From: Leucoraja erinacea | Lineage: Eukaryota | DNA length: 64,000 nt | Assembly: GCF_028641065.1 (NCBI RefSeq) | Contig: NC_073400.1 | Span: 23,560,001-23,624,000 of the forward strand | Reading direction: 5' to 3' | In this document: piece after piece, positions 12,331-25,487 of the stretch | How positions within the stretch are numbered: the stretch's first letter is position 1 | How the letters are laid out: each line of letters starts with the position of its first letter | Position numbers and translations under genes: made by a program | The notes under the pieces: model-generated | Told to the model about the DNA's origin: nothing | What the model saw: only the letters and a program-made list of their open reading frames with translations | The model's database searches: none

Positions 12331-14899
12331 AATGAGGAACCTTTGCAAAGATGAAGCAGTGCCATGTTTTTGTTTTGACTTACTAAGGTGGAGCTAGGGT
12401 GGGGTGGGGTGGGGGTGTTAGCTGAACACAACCTTGTCCTCATCAACAGGGATGCTGTAATGATGATCAACTGCTTCAGGTTTCTTGGCATCCATATCAC
12501 CAGCAACTAAACCTGATCACTTCATACTAATGCAGTGATCCCCATTGCCGGAATGAGGCCACACGCTAACTGGAGGAACCGCACCTCATATTTCGCTTGG
12601 GTAGCTTACAACCCAACAGTGTGACATTGAATTTACAATTTTATCTAACTACATAATCCTCCCCCTCTCCCTTCTTCCCCCATATACCCCCCCCCATCAT
12701 TTATCCTCCTGCTCTTATTTTGTCTGCTGCCCCCCCCCCTTCCCTGTGCTCCAACTGAACATGCACATATTTCTCCTCTCCTCCTCTCCTTCCACCTACA
12801 ATCCTTCCTCTAGCTTCACAATTTGCAACTCTTCAATCCTTTTGTCTCACACCTCCTGTCTTTCCATGTCTAGCCTTTGTCCAATCATCTGCCTTTCAAA
12901 TACCCACCTCACCTGTGTTGGCCTAATTTGGATTTCATTCAGGCCATTCAGCTCTGTCCAAACAGGGACATAAAGATTTATTCTCTAGCTCCCCACAATG
13001 TTCTCCGATATATCTAATCAGAACTGGAGGATTTATCTATCTTCATACACCTTAGGACGTCCAGTACCTCCTCAACTGTCTTCAAGGCATCTCCATGAAT
13101 TGTCCCAAAGTTCCCAGTCTTCATACCTTTGTCAACGGTAAATATTAATTGAGGACCTTGCCCATTTCTTGAGGCTCCACACATAGGTGACCACTTTGGT
13201 TTCTCAGGGGCCCTATTCTCTCTCTAGTTACCCTCTTTCCCTTAATGTACATAAAATCTCTTAATATTAATTGCCAGAGTTGTCTCCGGGTCACTTTTTG
13301 CCCGCCTTATGGATTTACATGTCTGGTTATATTCAATTTGTGTAAGAAAGGAACTGCAGATGCTGGTTTAAACTAAAGATAGACAGAAAAAGTGGAGTAA
13401 CTCAGCAGGACAGGCAGAATCTCTGGAGAGAAGGAATGGGTGACTTTTCGGGTCGAGACCCTTCTACAGACTACTGAACTCGGTCTAGCTGAGTTACTCC
13501 AGCTTTTTGTGTCTATATTCAATTTGTGACTGACAAAAGCCTAGTTTTACTTTCAAAGCCAGGTGACTGAATTTCTGTTCATCTTTTACCTGCAATAGTT
13601 TTCTTTGTTCAATTTCTACCCACGACCATAGGAGAACGGTTCCCTGATTTGATTGTTGTAGATGATTGTCTGTAAACAACAGCAGCACCCAGAGGATTTC
13701 CAGGGAAGTGGGAGTAAAACACAGCCAGAAAATCACAGCAGTGAACAATCAAATGAACAAGTCATCTCAGCGGCTTCAACACAATGCTTGATCAGAATGC
13801 AGCAAAGTGCATCTTTTTCATGTTAAGTTTTGCCCATTTAATATTTGATGAGCTTGTTTTGTTAACTAACCCTGTAGTTTATCTTTAACTTTAGTTAGAA
13901 CCTTTCAGGCTTGTTCAGCAACATTTTGTGCTGAGATTTTCCTTTGCTCTGCACAAGAAAAGCAACAAGGCGGGCTGCTGTTCAGCACCTGAGCCAGAAT
14001 AGACTATGTCAATGGACCAGGAAGAGGAAAGGTTTGTGGCTAGGACTTTGCAAGCTCAGTACAGCCAGGGAGCCTGTGGTCAGCAGTATAAAATAGCAGC
14101 AGAATGGAACCAGTGTAAGTGGGTGCCTGATAGTGTCAGAGAGACCATCATCCACCCATTAGCATTGATTAGTCATTGAGTCAGTCATAGAGCCATGCAG
14201 CACGGAAACAGGCCCTTCAGCCCAATTTGCCCATGCTGATCAAGATGCCCCGTCTATTCTAGTTCCACCTTCCCGCGTTTGGCCCATATTCCTCTAAACC
14301 TTTTCTATCAAAGTACATATCCAAATGTCTAGTTGAGGCTGGGACTATCCCATAATTTAAGAAACCGTTAGACAGGTACATGGACAGGACAGGTTAGGAG
14401 AGATATGGACCAAGTGCAGGCAAGTGGGACTAGTGAAGCGTAGACATTGTTGGCTGGTGCGGGCAAGTTGGGCCGAAGGGCCTGTTTCCACACTTTATCA
14501 CCATGACTCTATGACTCTAAATGTTATTACAGTATATGCATAAACGACCTCCCCAGCAATTCATTCCATGTACCCATCACCCTGTGTGAAAAAGTTGTCC
14601 CTCATTAAATCTTTTCTCTCTTCCACATTAATCTCAACCCCAACACATTTTTAAAATTCTGCCCACATTCTTAACAACTCTACCATTCATCTACATATTC
14701 AGGACCTGCTGACTTGCACAACTTTGGAGGAGAAAACAGGAGGACCTTGATGGGCCGATGGGCCCGTTCCCGTGCTATATGATTCTATGTCGCCTGGAAT
14801 ATCAGCCTGCATTGCAACAAATAAGTGTGAGCAATGGTGTTGGTATCTGATACAAACCTGTAGCAAGAATTATTCCCACTTCCTCTGCTTCTGCCCTTG

Positions 14900-15810
14900 T
14901 TTTGTCTCCATTCCAGATCCCTCCCTTCCTGCCCTCTCTGCTCTCCTCCCTCCACTGCCTTCCTTGCCATGCAGTTTTTCTCTGCTCCCCTGTCCTTTTG
15001 CACACAATCTTCCCCTTCACCCGTTTCCCCTCTCTCTTCACCATCTCCATCCCTTTCCGTCTCCCCATTGCCATTTCCTGATCTTCTCAATCCCATTTCC
15101 TCACACTGGATCCTCTTTCCTCTTGCCCTACACCTTTGCTCATTTGCCTCCATCTTGCTCCATTTCACGGAGTCTCCTATCTCTTCCTCTACCATACTTC
15201 TCTACATTTTCACTCCCTCGTCCCCATCTCTCTTTCTCTCATCCATCTTTATACCCCTCTCTCTCTCTCTCCCTTTTCTCCTTCTCCCTCACTCCTTTTC
15301 CTCTCATCTCTCCCTCATTTTCCATCTCTCTCTCATCTCCCGCCACCCTTCTCACTCCTCCTTTCTCTCTAATTTCTAATTTTCTCTCTCCCCATCTCAT
15401 CTCTCACCTTTCTCTCTATCTTTTACCTCTCGCCCCCTCCTCCCAATACCACACTTCTTTCTCCCATTTCTCCCTCTCCCACCTCAGCTCGCTCACTCCC
15501 ACCTCTTTCTATCTTTCTCTCTCTCTCTCTCATAGCTCCCCCCTTGCTCTCTCTCCCTGTCTCACACATTATCTCTCCCTCGTACTCTCTCTCACACACT
15601 CACTTTCTCCCTCTCTCTCACACACATCTCTCTCCCCGCCTCTCCTCTCTCCTCCATTCTCCCCGTTTCTCTCCCTCTCACATCTCCTCTCACGTCTCCT
15701 CGCTTTCTTTCTTTCTCTCATACTCTTTTACACTCTCTCTCTCTCTCACGCACACATATCATCCTCTCTCTCCCACTCTTATTCTCATTCTCCCTCTCTT
15801 TCACACACAA
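14900..15810. repeat. CT-rich polypyrimidine low-complexity tract upstream of methyltransferase A
   Basis: About 900 nt made almost entirely of C/T; explains the spurious 416-aa ORF. Confidence 0.9.
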
Positions 15811-16022
15811 GTCTAAAGCATCTAGAAACACTGCTACTCGCTTCACTTCCAGACCACTCTCACTTTCACCTCAGTGACAAGTCCCTCAACCAATCGGTCG
15901 TGCAAGTTGTGTTGGGACGTTATCTGGCTTTGGTGTTGTCGACGAGGCTGCCACTCACCCGGCAAGGACTGTTGTGCTGTGCAGCGGCAACAGGAACAGT
16001 GTGGTGTAGCTCTGTGGTTTAA

Positions 16023-16452
16023 ATGTTGGTCGAACGGCTCACACGGCAGCTGGGGAAACCCACTCGCAACCTGTGGGGTTGGTTGGTCAAAAGATTTCTT
16101 GAGAGAAACAGATTCTTAGAGGCGAGTGCCGTGAAACTGTGCGACATACAGCCCGAGAATGTGGTTCTGGAGCTGGGCTTCGGTCCGGGGCTGGGGTTGC
16201 AGGAAGCTGCCCGGCGTCTAACACAGCCCGGGGGGAAACTGTACGGGCTGGATATCTCGGAGTACATGTATAATACCGCCAGCGAGCGGCTGCAGGCGGA
16301 CATCCAGTCGGGGAAGGTGACTCTGTTTCTGGGCAGCGTGGAGCAGATCCCTTTGGCGGACAATGCGGTGGACAAGGTTTATCACTGCAACTGTTACTAC
16401 TGGCCTGACCTGCGAGCTGGGAGCAGAGAGATCCACAGGGTGATGAAACCAG
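16023..16452 (+). CDS. Class I SAM-dependent methyltransferase paralog A (Methyltransf_11/UbiE/YdaC-like), exon 1
   Basis: Motifs VLELGFGPG, YGLDIS, IPLADNAVDKVY and EIHRVMKPG; phase-1 donor CAG|GTACAA. Confidence 0.85.
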
Positions 16453-16777
16453 GTACAATGTTTACCGAGTCAGCCGAAAGCCGAGAGATTCCCAGAAGGG
16501 TTGAAGGAAAGCTGGAGAGCAACAGGGGAGATATTGTGCACAAACTGTGTTTCCAAAACACTGATGCATCTAGCTGAATGTCGATTAAACATTTATTACA
16601 AACCACAGTGGCGCAAATGGTAGAGCCACTGCCTGGTAGCACCGAAATCGGGTTCTATCCAGATCTTGAGTGCTGTCTGTGTGGAGTTTGCATATGCTTC
16701 CCGTCACAGAGTGGGTCAGAAGTAGGGTCTCGACCCGAAACATCACCTCTCCATGTTCTCCGGAGATGCTGCCTGAA

Positions 16778-17465
16778 CAGGGCCGGATTTAGACGAAGAG
16801 AGGCCCTAAGCTGTTCCACTTGTGAGGCCCCTCCCAATCCTCCACCCCCACGACTAGAGGAAAGATGGTCCACCAGATTGACACCGATTTGTGGCCGATG
16901 AGATAAGGGGCTGGAAAGCTGCGCTATTTGTTTATTTATTTATTGCCAGTGCTAGTGTCGAGTTATTGGCTTATTATTGGCTATTATTCTGAAATGGTGG
17001 GCAAGGAAAATTACTGAAGGGTTGTTTAGAGACTACAGTGCGTTGTGACAGCATATGTAAGAAAGGCCTATGGCAGAGTGAAAAATATTATACACCTTAC
17101 AGGGCTCTCTTAATTTTTTTCTCTGTTGTCAGCCGGGCAACCTCAGCAGCTTTTTAAGTTGCCAAATGGCAGTTTAGGTGGTCATTTAAGACAGTTTGCA
17201 TGACGCGTGCGATAATGTGCTCGGACGAAGTGCGTAGTTACCAGTCAGAATTATGCTCAATGAAGCATTCACATATTATTTCTGCTTCAAATAAAGTCAC
17301 AAACTAAACATATTCACCAAACAAGACATGATTTATACCACAATGACATGCAGCAAAATTATAATACAGTATCTCAACTCTTTCTACACGTTGCAATTAA
17401 TGCAATTTCTATTATTTCTTTCCACTTCCAAACAAAAATGTGGTTGGATTATTCAGCGTATGATC
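16778..17465. mobile_element. hAT-like non-autonomous transposon fragments
   Basis: CAGGGCCGGATTTA (16778) and CAGGGCTCTC (17100) resemble hAT termini; matching right ends were not found. Confidence 0.35.
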
Positions 17466-17469
17466 AACC

Positions 17470-17725
17470 TCGGTGAGACCAAACACAGGCTTGGCGATCG
17501 CTTCGCACAACACCTCCACTCAGTTTGCAATAACCAACCTGATCTCCCGGTGGCTCAGCACTTCAACTCCCTCTCCCATTCTGAATCTGACCTTTCTGTC
17601 CTGGGCCTCCTCCATGGCCAGAGTGAGGCCCACCGCATATTGGAGGAGCAGCACCTCATATTTGCTTGGGTAGTTTACACCCCAGAGGTATGAACATTGG
17701 CTTCTCTAATTTCAGGTAGTCCTTG
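17470..17725 (+). mobile_element. Penelope-like element, GIY-YIG endonuclease C-terminal fragment (another near 12545-12650)
   Basis: GETKHRLGDRFAQH…PVAQHFN…LEEQHLIF. Confidence 0.85.
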
Positions 17726-19132
17726 CTTTTCCTTCCTCCTTCCTTCTCCTCCCCCCCCCCCCCCACCTCCCCCCCCCCCCCCCCCTCTCTCCACCCTCTG
17801 TCCCCCCCCCCCCCCGTCTCCCCTCTAGCCCTCCCCCTCTCCCTGTCTCCCCTCCCGCCCCTCCCTCCCTCCCCCTCTCCCCTCCCACTTCTCACATCCT
17901 CTCACCCTCCCTCCCCCGCTGCGTGCTTGGGGGGAGGTTAGTGTGTGTGTGACGCCGCAGCCCCCCCCCCGCAACCGCGTGTTGAGGGGACGGTTTAAGA
18001 CTGAGGGCATTTAAACCATCGGTGCTCAGGCAGGTTTAAGTTCTGCCGCATTCCATGCAGGGCTCGTTTTTTAAAAATTCGATTAAAGCTGCCTCAACTG
18101 GGGAATAAAGTAGGAAAAACTAGCTTTGCATGCAAGCTAGTGTGTTTTTGTTTTCTGACTTACTAACGCTATGAGACACATGTTGGAAGAGGCTTTGAGT
18201 GAATGCAGTTTATTTTGTAGATGGCAAACACTGCAGCCGTGGTGCATCTATGTCGGAAGGGCTGAATGGTGCATTTGGTGGATGGGGTGCCATTGGTATG
18301 GTCTCATTCATACTGGATAGTGTTGACCTTTTAAACCACTGATGAAACTATGTACTCATCCAGGCATTCCTGGCATGCTCCTGACGTGCCCTTATTGAAG
18401 GTTATCTGGTGGTGAATCATTTACTGCAGAATACCCAGTCTCTGATCTGCTCTTCCCACAATGTTTATGCAGCTGGTGTAGTTAGCTAGTCAGTTCTTGA
18501 TTTGGGTTTATTCTTGTCACAAGAAGTAAGACACAGTGAAAAAACATGTTTTGAATGCTTTCTAGGCAAATCATACCATACACAAGTACGATCAAACCAT
18601 GCATGAATAAATCAGATAGTGCAAAAGGCAAATAAACTGTTCAGCTCCCACATTTCCACCAATATGCACACTTGATTTAAGTTTTACCAGAGCAACTCCA
18701 TGCCATATGTGGTCAATGTCAAGGACAATGCACCTCATCTTTTGAAATTTAGCTTTTGTCTCTCTTTAGATTTTGTACCCATTTGTCTTTTAGACCAAGG
18801 CTTTGATAGGCTCTGTAACCAAGTTCCTGGCAAAATCCAATCCGACTAATAGTGAGTAGGTGGAGCAAAAAACCCCTGCAGAAAGCAGAAATACGAGAGA
18901 AAAATACGAAAATGGTGGAAACGTTGAGCTGATAACCCAGTATCAGTTGGTGTACCCTAGGCCACTACAAATGGGACTAGCTTAGTTGGAGTATCCTTGA
19001 TGGGTCCATCGTGTTCCAGATTCTGCAATATATTTCTGCCTATAGTGTTACTTCCGTGTTAATAGCTCTTATCATTGAAATCTCTTCAACGCTTCCAATA
19101 AAACCGAATATTTATTTATTTGCATTGGCCAG

Positions 19133-19332
19133 GAGCTTTGATGGTGACTGCCTTGCATCTGGAATACCTGCAGAAGTTGATTGCTGCCGGACTGTTGAAG
19201 GGGACAAAATGGCGCCCTGAGCCATATATGGAGGCGCTCCGTGAGGTGGGATTTGTTGACGTACGCATGGAGGAGCAGAGATTCAGAGGAGAATCTTTTC
19301 AGGCAATCTTCGCTGCAGCAAAGAAGGCCTGA
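19133..19332 (+). CDS. Methyltransferase paralog A, exon 2 (total 209 aa)
   Basis: ggccag acceptor; phase-compatible GALMVTALHL...GFVDVRMEE...AKKA*; AATAAA at 19593. Confidence 0.85.
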
Positions 19333-20179
19333 GTGTGATGTTCCCCTGAACCATTATATTTCAGTAACCTGATGATTCATTAGTAATGTGAATGCATTGT
19401 GGAACACAATCACTTCCACCAATAATATTTACATCACCATTGACTTAAATTTAATATGTGCAGAGGAATTTTACAGTACTCCTTAGTGCCTCTTTTGTGA
19501 ATCTATTCAATAATTGACTGTACAATTCTCTACTGCAAACAAATAGCAGCAAATAGGTATGTGGCCTAACTGCAATGTGTAGGGATGGCTGCAATAAATC
19601 TATCTGCCAGATGTTGAGGATGACTAGCGGAGTAGACCCGATGGACCGAATGGTCTACTTCTGTTCCTATGGATTATGAACTAACGCTAACAATCTTTTC
19701 ACCAATATCTTGGTGAAACCCCTCAATAATATAGAACCTTCAATAGGATAAGAAGAGTTTAGCCAGGCAACTCATGGGCAGTATAAGACAGAGAGTACTG
19801 CAGATGCTGGTTTACACCGAAGAGAGACACAAAATGCTGGAGTAACTCAGCGGGTCAGGCAGCATCTCTGGAGAAAAGGAATCAGTGACGTTTTGGGTCA
19901 AGGCCTCTTGCTCCGTGGACTGTTCTATCAGTGCGTAAAACTTAGAGCTGCATGTTAAATCTTGATTTAATGTTTTTAATAATAAACCAAATGTTAACAA
20001 ATCCAGCCCGCGTTTATCTCAGGCTGGTTGTTAATTACCAATTTGCTGTCATTTATTTCCATCATCTAGAGTTTGGACTGTTCCAATGTTCTTAATATTA
20101 GATGATCTTTTTTAACCCAAGAAGAGAATATCCTTGGTCTATTTGGTGAACCTCATTCAACGTTAGGCCATTTAAAAAA

Positions 20180-20680
20180 ATACGAAAAGACAGACAGCCC
20201 GCTTTGTATGTAATGACTACAAACACGAATCGAGCATGAATAATATGCTGACTTCTCTCGGATGGGATACCCTAGAGTTCCGCAGAATCAGGCCATCAAA
20301 TCTCCCATCATCAGAATCACTTATTGCAATTTACAAGGAGATTTACAAAATCACGCCATCAAGTCTCCCATCATCCCAGAGCACCAACTACCATGAAACA
20401 GGACAAAATAACGGTCCCTACGTCATCAACTCACTAAATTTCAATAAACTTTGCTACCAATATTCCCTTTACCCAAGGACGATAAGGGAATGGAATAGGT
20501 TGCCACCCAACACACGCTCCGCTCCCGATGTTAAGTCATTTAAAAAGGGGATTGAGCAACTAGATCTCCTCGACATGGTCAAAAAGGCCCACTTCAAAAT
20601 TTAATCACCACTCTACTCACTCCGACCTGCACGAGATAACCACTGATGAGGTGTTTGCGCAGTAACCAACCAGACTGTTG
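20180..20680 (+). mobile_element. LINE (L2/Crack-like) 3' end
   Basis: MLTSLGWDTLEFRR…YSLYPRTIREWNRLP, a typical LINE ORF2 C-terminus. Confidence 0.75.
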
Positions 20681-21528
20681 GCGCGACTGCCATCATACGG
20701 CACCCCTGGTGGTAGATGCTGCCTGATCCGCTGAGTTACTCCAGCACTTTGTATCTAACTTTGGTATAAACCAGCATCTGCAGTTTTTGTGTCTCTACGT
20801 TTTCCTGTATGGTTCCAGTGTTTACCTTCTGTCCCCACCTACTGCCCAGATCCAGTACAAATGGATGTTATTGCCCATTGATGATACTATCCTGGTATCT
20901 TTTATTTTTAGGACAATTCCTTGATTTCTATTTCCAGATACGAAAATATGATACCCTTTGAATGGTTTGAGGAATCTGATATTACAACAAAAGAACACAA
21001 CACAGTTATGCAAGAAAGAAGGCTGATCACTCTATCCATCAGTCTGAAGAAGGTTTTCGGCCCGAAACGTTACCTATCCCCTTCGCTCCCTAGATGCTGC
21101 TGCACCCGCTGAGTTTCTCCAGCATTTTTGTGTACCTTTGATTTTCCAGCATCTGCAGTTCCTTCTTGAACACTCTATTTAGTCTCTTCCCACACTCTGA
21201 TGTTCCCAGATAGAATAGCTCGGTAATGATCATTCATTTTAATTTAAAAATGAAGATCGTTCATTTGCCATTGTCTGTTGTGCTGTTGCAAGTAAAATAA
21301 TTTCACTATCTGGGACATATGCCAATATGACCGCTGAACTCTTACTACGTTGGAATTTCACTATTTTGGACACATGACAATAAAACACTCTTGACTCTTG
21401 GCGTGTTGTTGTCGGTCGCCACTGGCTTCACTCGTCTCGCATTAACTTCAGTGACAAGACCCCAACCAACGGACTGGCTCCTTTCCGCGTGTAAATCGAA
21501 TTTGGACACATCCCTGCCTTGGGCGTGC

Positions 21529-21731
21529 AGGGGTGGGCGTGGGTCGTATGGCAGGGGTGGGCGTGGGTCGTGCGGCAGGGGTGGGCGTGGGTCGTGCGGC
21601 AAGGGGTGGGCGTGGGGTGGGTCGTGCGGCAGGGGTGGGCGCGGGTCGTGCGGGGCGTGGGTCGTGCGGAAAAGGGTGGGGCGTGGGTCGTGCGGCAAGG
21701 GGTGGGCGTGGGTCGTGCGGCAAGGGGTGGG
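21529..21731 (+). repeat. ~24-bp GC-rich minisatellite (GGGTGGGCGTGGGTCGTGCGGCA), about 8 degenerate units
   Basis: Seen directly, ~70 nt upstream of the paralog B ATG. Confidence 0.9.
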
Positions 21732-21800
21732 CGACTGGGCGTGTGTTGTGCAATTGCAACGTTGGTGTGCTGTGCAACGCTGGTGGCTGAAGTTGGAGAA

Positions 21801-22236
21801 ATGTTCGCTGAGTGGTTCTCGCGACAACTGGCCAAACCTACCCACAGCTTGTTGGGATGGGTGGCGAAAAAGTTATTTGAGAGGAATAACAGATTCCTGG
21901 AGGAGAGTGCCGTGAAACTGTGCGACATACAGCCCGGGAATGTGGTTCTGGAGCTGGGCTTCGGTCCGGGCCTGGGGTTGCAGGAAGCTGCCCGGCGCCT
22001 AACACAGCCCGGGGGGAAACTGTACGGGCTGGATATCTCGGAGTACATGTATAATACCGCCAGCGAGCGGCTGCAGGCGGACATCCAGTCGGGGAAGGTG
22101 ACTCTGTTTCTGGGCAGCGTGGAGCAGATCCCTTTGGCGGACAATGCGGTGGACAAGGTTTATCACTGCAACTGTTACTACTTCTGGCCTGACCTGCGAG
22201 CTGGGAGCAGAGAGATCCACAGGGTGATGAAACCAG
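21801..22236 (+). CDS. Class I SAM-dependent methyltransferase paralog B, exon 1
   Basis: MFAEWFSRQLAKP…VLELGFGPG…CNCYYFWPDL…RVMKPG; same phase-1 donor as paralog A. Confidence 0.85.
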
Positions 22237-22798
22237 GTACAATACTAGATCCGCGTGATCACTGTGTTCATCGACCCGCCACTACCCATCTACGCATCCT
22301 GTTTACTGGGACTTGGACTGGGTGATTCAAATGCTCGTTCAATACCATTACCACAGACTGAGAGTAGACACCTCATGTTACTCAACAACGTACCTCGGTG
22401 ACTGCCAATCCCCCCCCCCCCCCACACTTATTATTATTTATTCAAATCGTTTGCTATGTCGCTCTTCAAGGGAGATGCTAAATGCATTTCGTTGTCTCTG
22501 TACTGTACACTGACAATGACAATTAAATTGAATCTGAATCTGATATGTCAGAGGGTAGTGTCTGTGGAATTCATTGCCACGGAAGGCTGTGGAGACCAAG
22601 CCAATGAATATTTTAAGGCAGATATTGGTCGATTATTGATTAGCACGGGTGTCAGGGGTTATGAGGAGAAGGCAGGAGAACGGGGTTGAGAGGGAAAGAT
22701 AGATAGATCCACCATGATTGAATGACGGCGTAGACTTGATGGGCCGAATGGTCTGCCCAGCTGAGTTACTCCAGCATTTTGTGTCTATTTTCCCTATA

Positions 22799-24423
22799 GG
22801 GGGGTTGCACGGAAGGTTACTGGGTCATAGGGCTCGACGCACGGAGCCGCTAAATCCAACTGGAAGACATCCGTCATTTCCGGTATATGTTATTAATGCT
22901 AGAAACGCGTACTTTCCTACCTGTTAAAAACCGCCAAAATGTTGATTTTTTGCGCTGAAAAATTTGTGGGAGTCGGGGTAAGTGTGAGAGACATGTACCC
23001 AGCTTCAGAATTCCAAACGTGAAGCGAAATGAAGGTATAGGGTGATTTCACGAAAGGTCACTGGAGCGTAGATCCGCACCCACGTGACCGAAAATCTCAA
23101 GTGGAGGACATGCTATACATCCGGTACATGTTAGTGAATGGGAAAGGACGCACTTTCCCACCCGTTAAAAACATCAAAAACGGCCAGTTTTTGAGCTGCA
23201 ATTTACTGTGCCAGTCGGGGTGACCGTGAGGCACAGCTGCCTAGATTTTCAGTCCAAAAAAAAGATAGAAACTAAGGTAAATTAAAGAGGGAGCTGAAGG
23301 TGCCAATCCAGCGGAAGTGAACAGCGGACATTTGCCGTGGAGATTTAAAGGTCCAAAATATCGGGAATTATCGCGGTTGCTCGCTGCATTTCATCAATAA
23401 AGATAAAAAAGTAAATAATGCCTGACTTTTGATGAAATGCAGCGAGCAAACGCGATAATTCCTGATATTTTGGATCTTTAAATCTCCACGGCAAATGTCC
23501 GATAAGCATTTCCGCTGGATTTGCACCTTCAGCTCTCTCTTGAATTTACCTTAGTTTCTATCTTTTTTTTGGACTGTAAATTTAGGTAGCTGTGCCTCAC
23601 GGTCACCCCGACTGGCACGGTAAATTGCAGCTCAAAAACTGGCCATTTTCGATATTTTTAACGGGTGTGAAAGTGCGTGTTTTCCCATTCACTAACATGT
23701 ACCGGATGTATAGCATGTCCGCCACTTGAGATTTTCGGTCACGTGGGTGCGGATCTACGCTCCAGTGACCTTTCGTGAAATCACCATATAGAGAAGCGAG
23801 AACTGAAGGGACAACAGCTGCTAAAGTGCTTGGTAAACATTGAAAATATTGGGAATTATCACGTTTGCTTACTGCATTTCATCAAGTAAGGCATTATTTG
23901 TGTTTTTTCTTGATTCCTTTGGTATCTAAAAATTCTCAGAAGTGATAAATCTGGCTGTAAAATTTTCTTCAGATGCGTTTTCTTTTTGTATGTAAAAACC
24001 TACTTGGGAACCATGGGCAATTAAAAATAATTACAGCCAGATTTATCACTGCTGAAACTTTTTAGATGCCAAAGTAATCAAGAAAAAACACAAATAATGC
24101 CTTAGTTGATGAAATGCAGTGAGCAAACGGCCAATGTTCGCTAAGCACTTTGGCTGTTGTTGTCCCTTGAGCTCTCGGTTCTATCTACCGTCATTTCTCC
24201 TCACTTTTAGAATTGTGAAGTTGGCTAAATGTCTCTCACGCTTATCCCGATTTCCATAATTATTTACAGCGCAAAAATTAACAATTTCGGCGGGTTTTAA
24301 CGGGCCCGCTACACTGGAAACAATGGTAGGTGCCCACCTGCAGTTCATCGCGTGTACTCCATTTGGAGTAGCCTAGCAACAGTACGAGTCATGGGTCGTG
24401 ACCCGACTGCCGTGAAACCTCCC
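22799..24423. mobile_element. Outer foldback/MITE DNA element flanked by TATA, hosting an inner element
   Basis: Termini GGGGGGTTGCACGG… and …CCGTGAAACCTCCC, TATA on both sides, and imperfect long internal inverted arms centred near 24000. Confidence 0.75.
23040..23786. mobile_element. Inner near-perfect 747-bp foldback element flanked by TATA
   Basis: ~357-bp inverted arms (GGGTGATTTCACGAAAGGTCACTGGAGCG… and its reverse complement) with a ~30-nt spacer near 23400-23428. Confidence 0.9.
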
Positions 24424-25487
24424 TATAACATGAACTTATGTCAACTGGGAAACAATATAAGCAAGAGAGGTTTTCCGTGCACAGTGAACTTATTTGAGGG
24501 AGCAGGGCTGTAGATAGAACATTTAGCCATGCTCCAGGCAAAGTCCCATCACCACCACCACCTCTCCCCATCCCTCTAAGAACCATTGCTTTGCACACCC
24601 ACAGTTTGAGTCATTGAGTCGTTCAGCGCAGAAACAGTCCATGCCGATCAAGTTGCACTTCAGTCCCACCACTGGAATCTACTCCAGTCCCACCAACCCA
24701 CATTTGACCCATATCCCTCTAAACCTTTCTTATCCATGTAACTGTCCAATTGTCTTTTTAAATGCTGTTATAGTATTTTAAGGATCTACTTCATAGGGTT
24801 CATTTTGTGTCTATCTTTGGTTTAAACTAGCATCCATTGTTCCTTCCTACACATATTGTTTGCTCTACTGTGAAATCTCCTTAAGGTATGCCTACTTTGA
24901 AGAAGTTCTCCACCTCCCAACAAGAGTTCTGCAACACCCTCCCTCGCTGCCCCCTCGCTGTGATTTCTCCTGCTCTCCAGCTCTACAACCACGTTTTAAC
25001 TCAGACTCGCTCATTCATTTGTTCTTTGCACCTTTTCATATCTCTAGTTTCCCGCCCCCCCCCCCCACTCTCAGTCTGAAGAAGGGTCTCGACCTGAAAT
25101 ATCAGTTATTCATTTTCTCCAGAGATGCTACCTGACCCACTGAGTTATTCCAACATTTTGTATCTCAAATTCTACCATGGAAGTTTGTGTAGGAAGGAAC
25201 TGCAGATGCTGGTTTAAACCAAAGATAGACACAAAATGCTATCTCAAAAAACTCAGCGGGACAGGTAGCATCTCTGGAGAGAAGGAATGGGTGACATTTC
25301 GGGTTGAGACAATTCTTCAGACTATAAATCTGAAGAAGAGTCTCGACCCGAAACATCACCCATTTCTTCTCTCCAGAGATGCTGCCTGCCCCGCTGAGTT
25401 ACTCCTGCATTTTGTGTATTTCTTGAAATTGAAGTTGCTTCATATACCTTCCAAAGTAACCGTGTGTTTCTACCTTTTATTCCACAG

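Noticed and set aside
14772-16022. 416-aa ORF in frame with methyltransferase A, separated by a single TAA (possible readthrough or N-terminal extension)
   Set aside because: It is translation of a CT-rich tract that lacks stop codons by composition, and paralog B has no homologous extension.
21529-21731. CRISPR-like array
   Set aside because: Tandem units without unique spacers, in a vertebrate genome.
21519-21800. Repetitive N-terminal extension (QGWAWVV)n of paralog B
   Set aside because: No ATG start, derived from a minisatellite, and homology with paralog A begins at ATG 21801.
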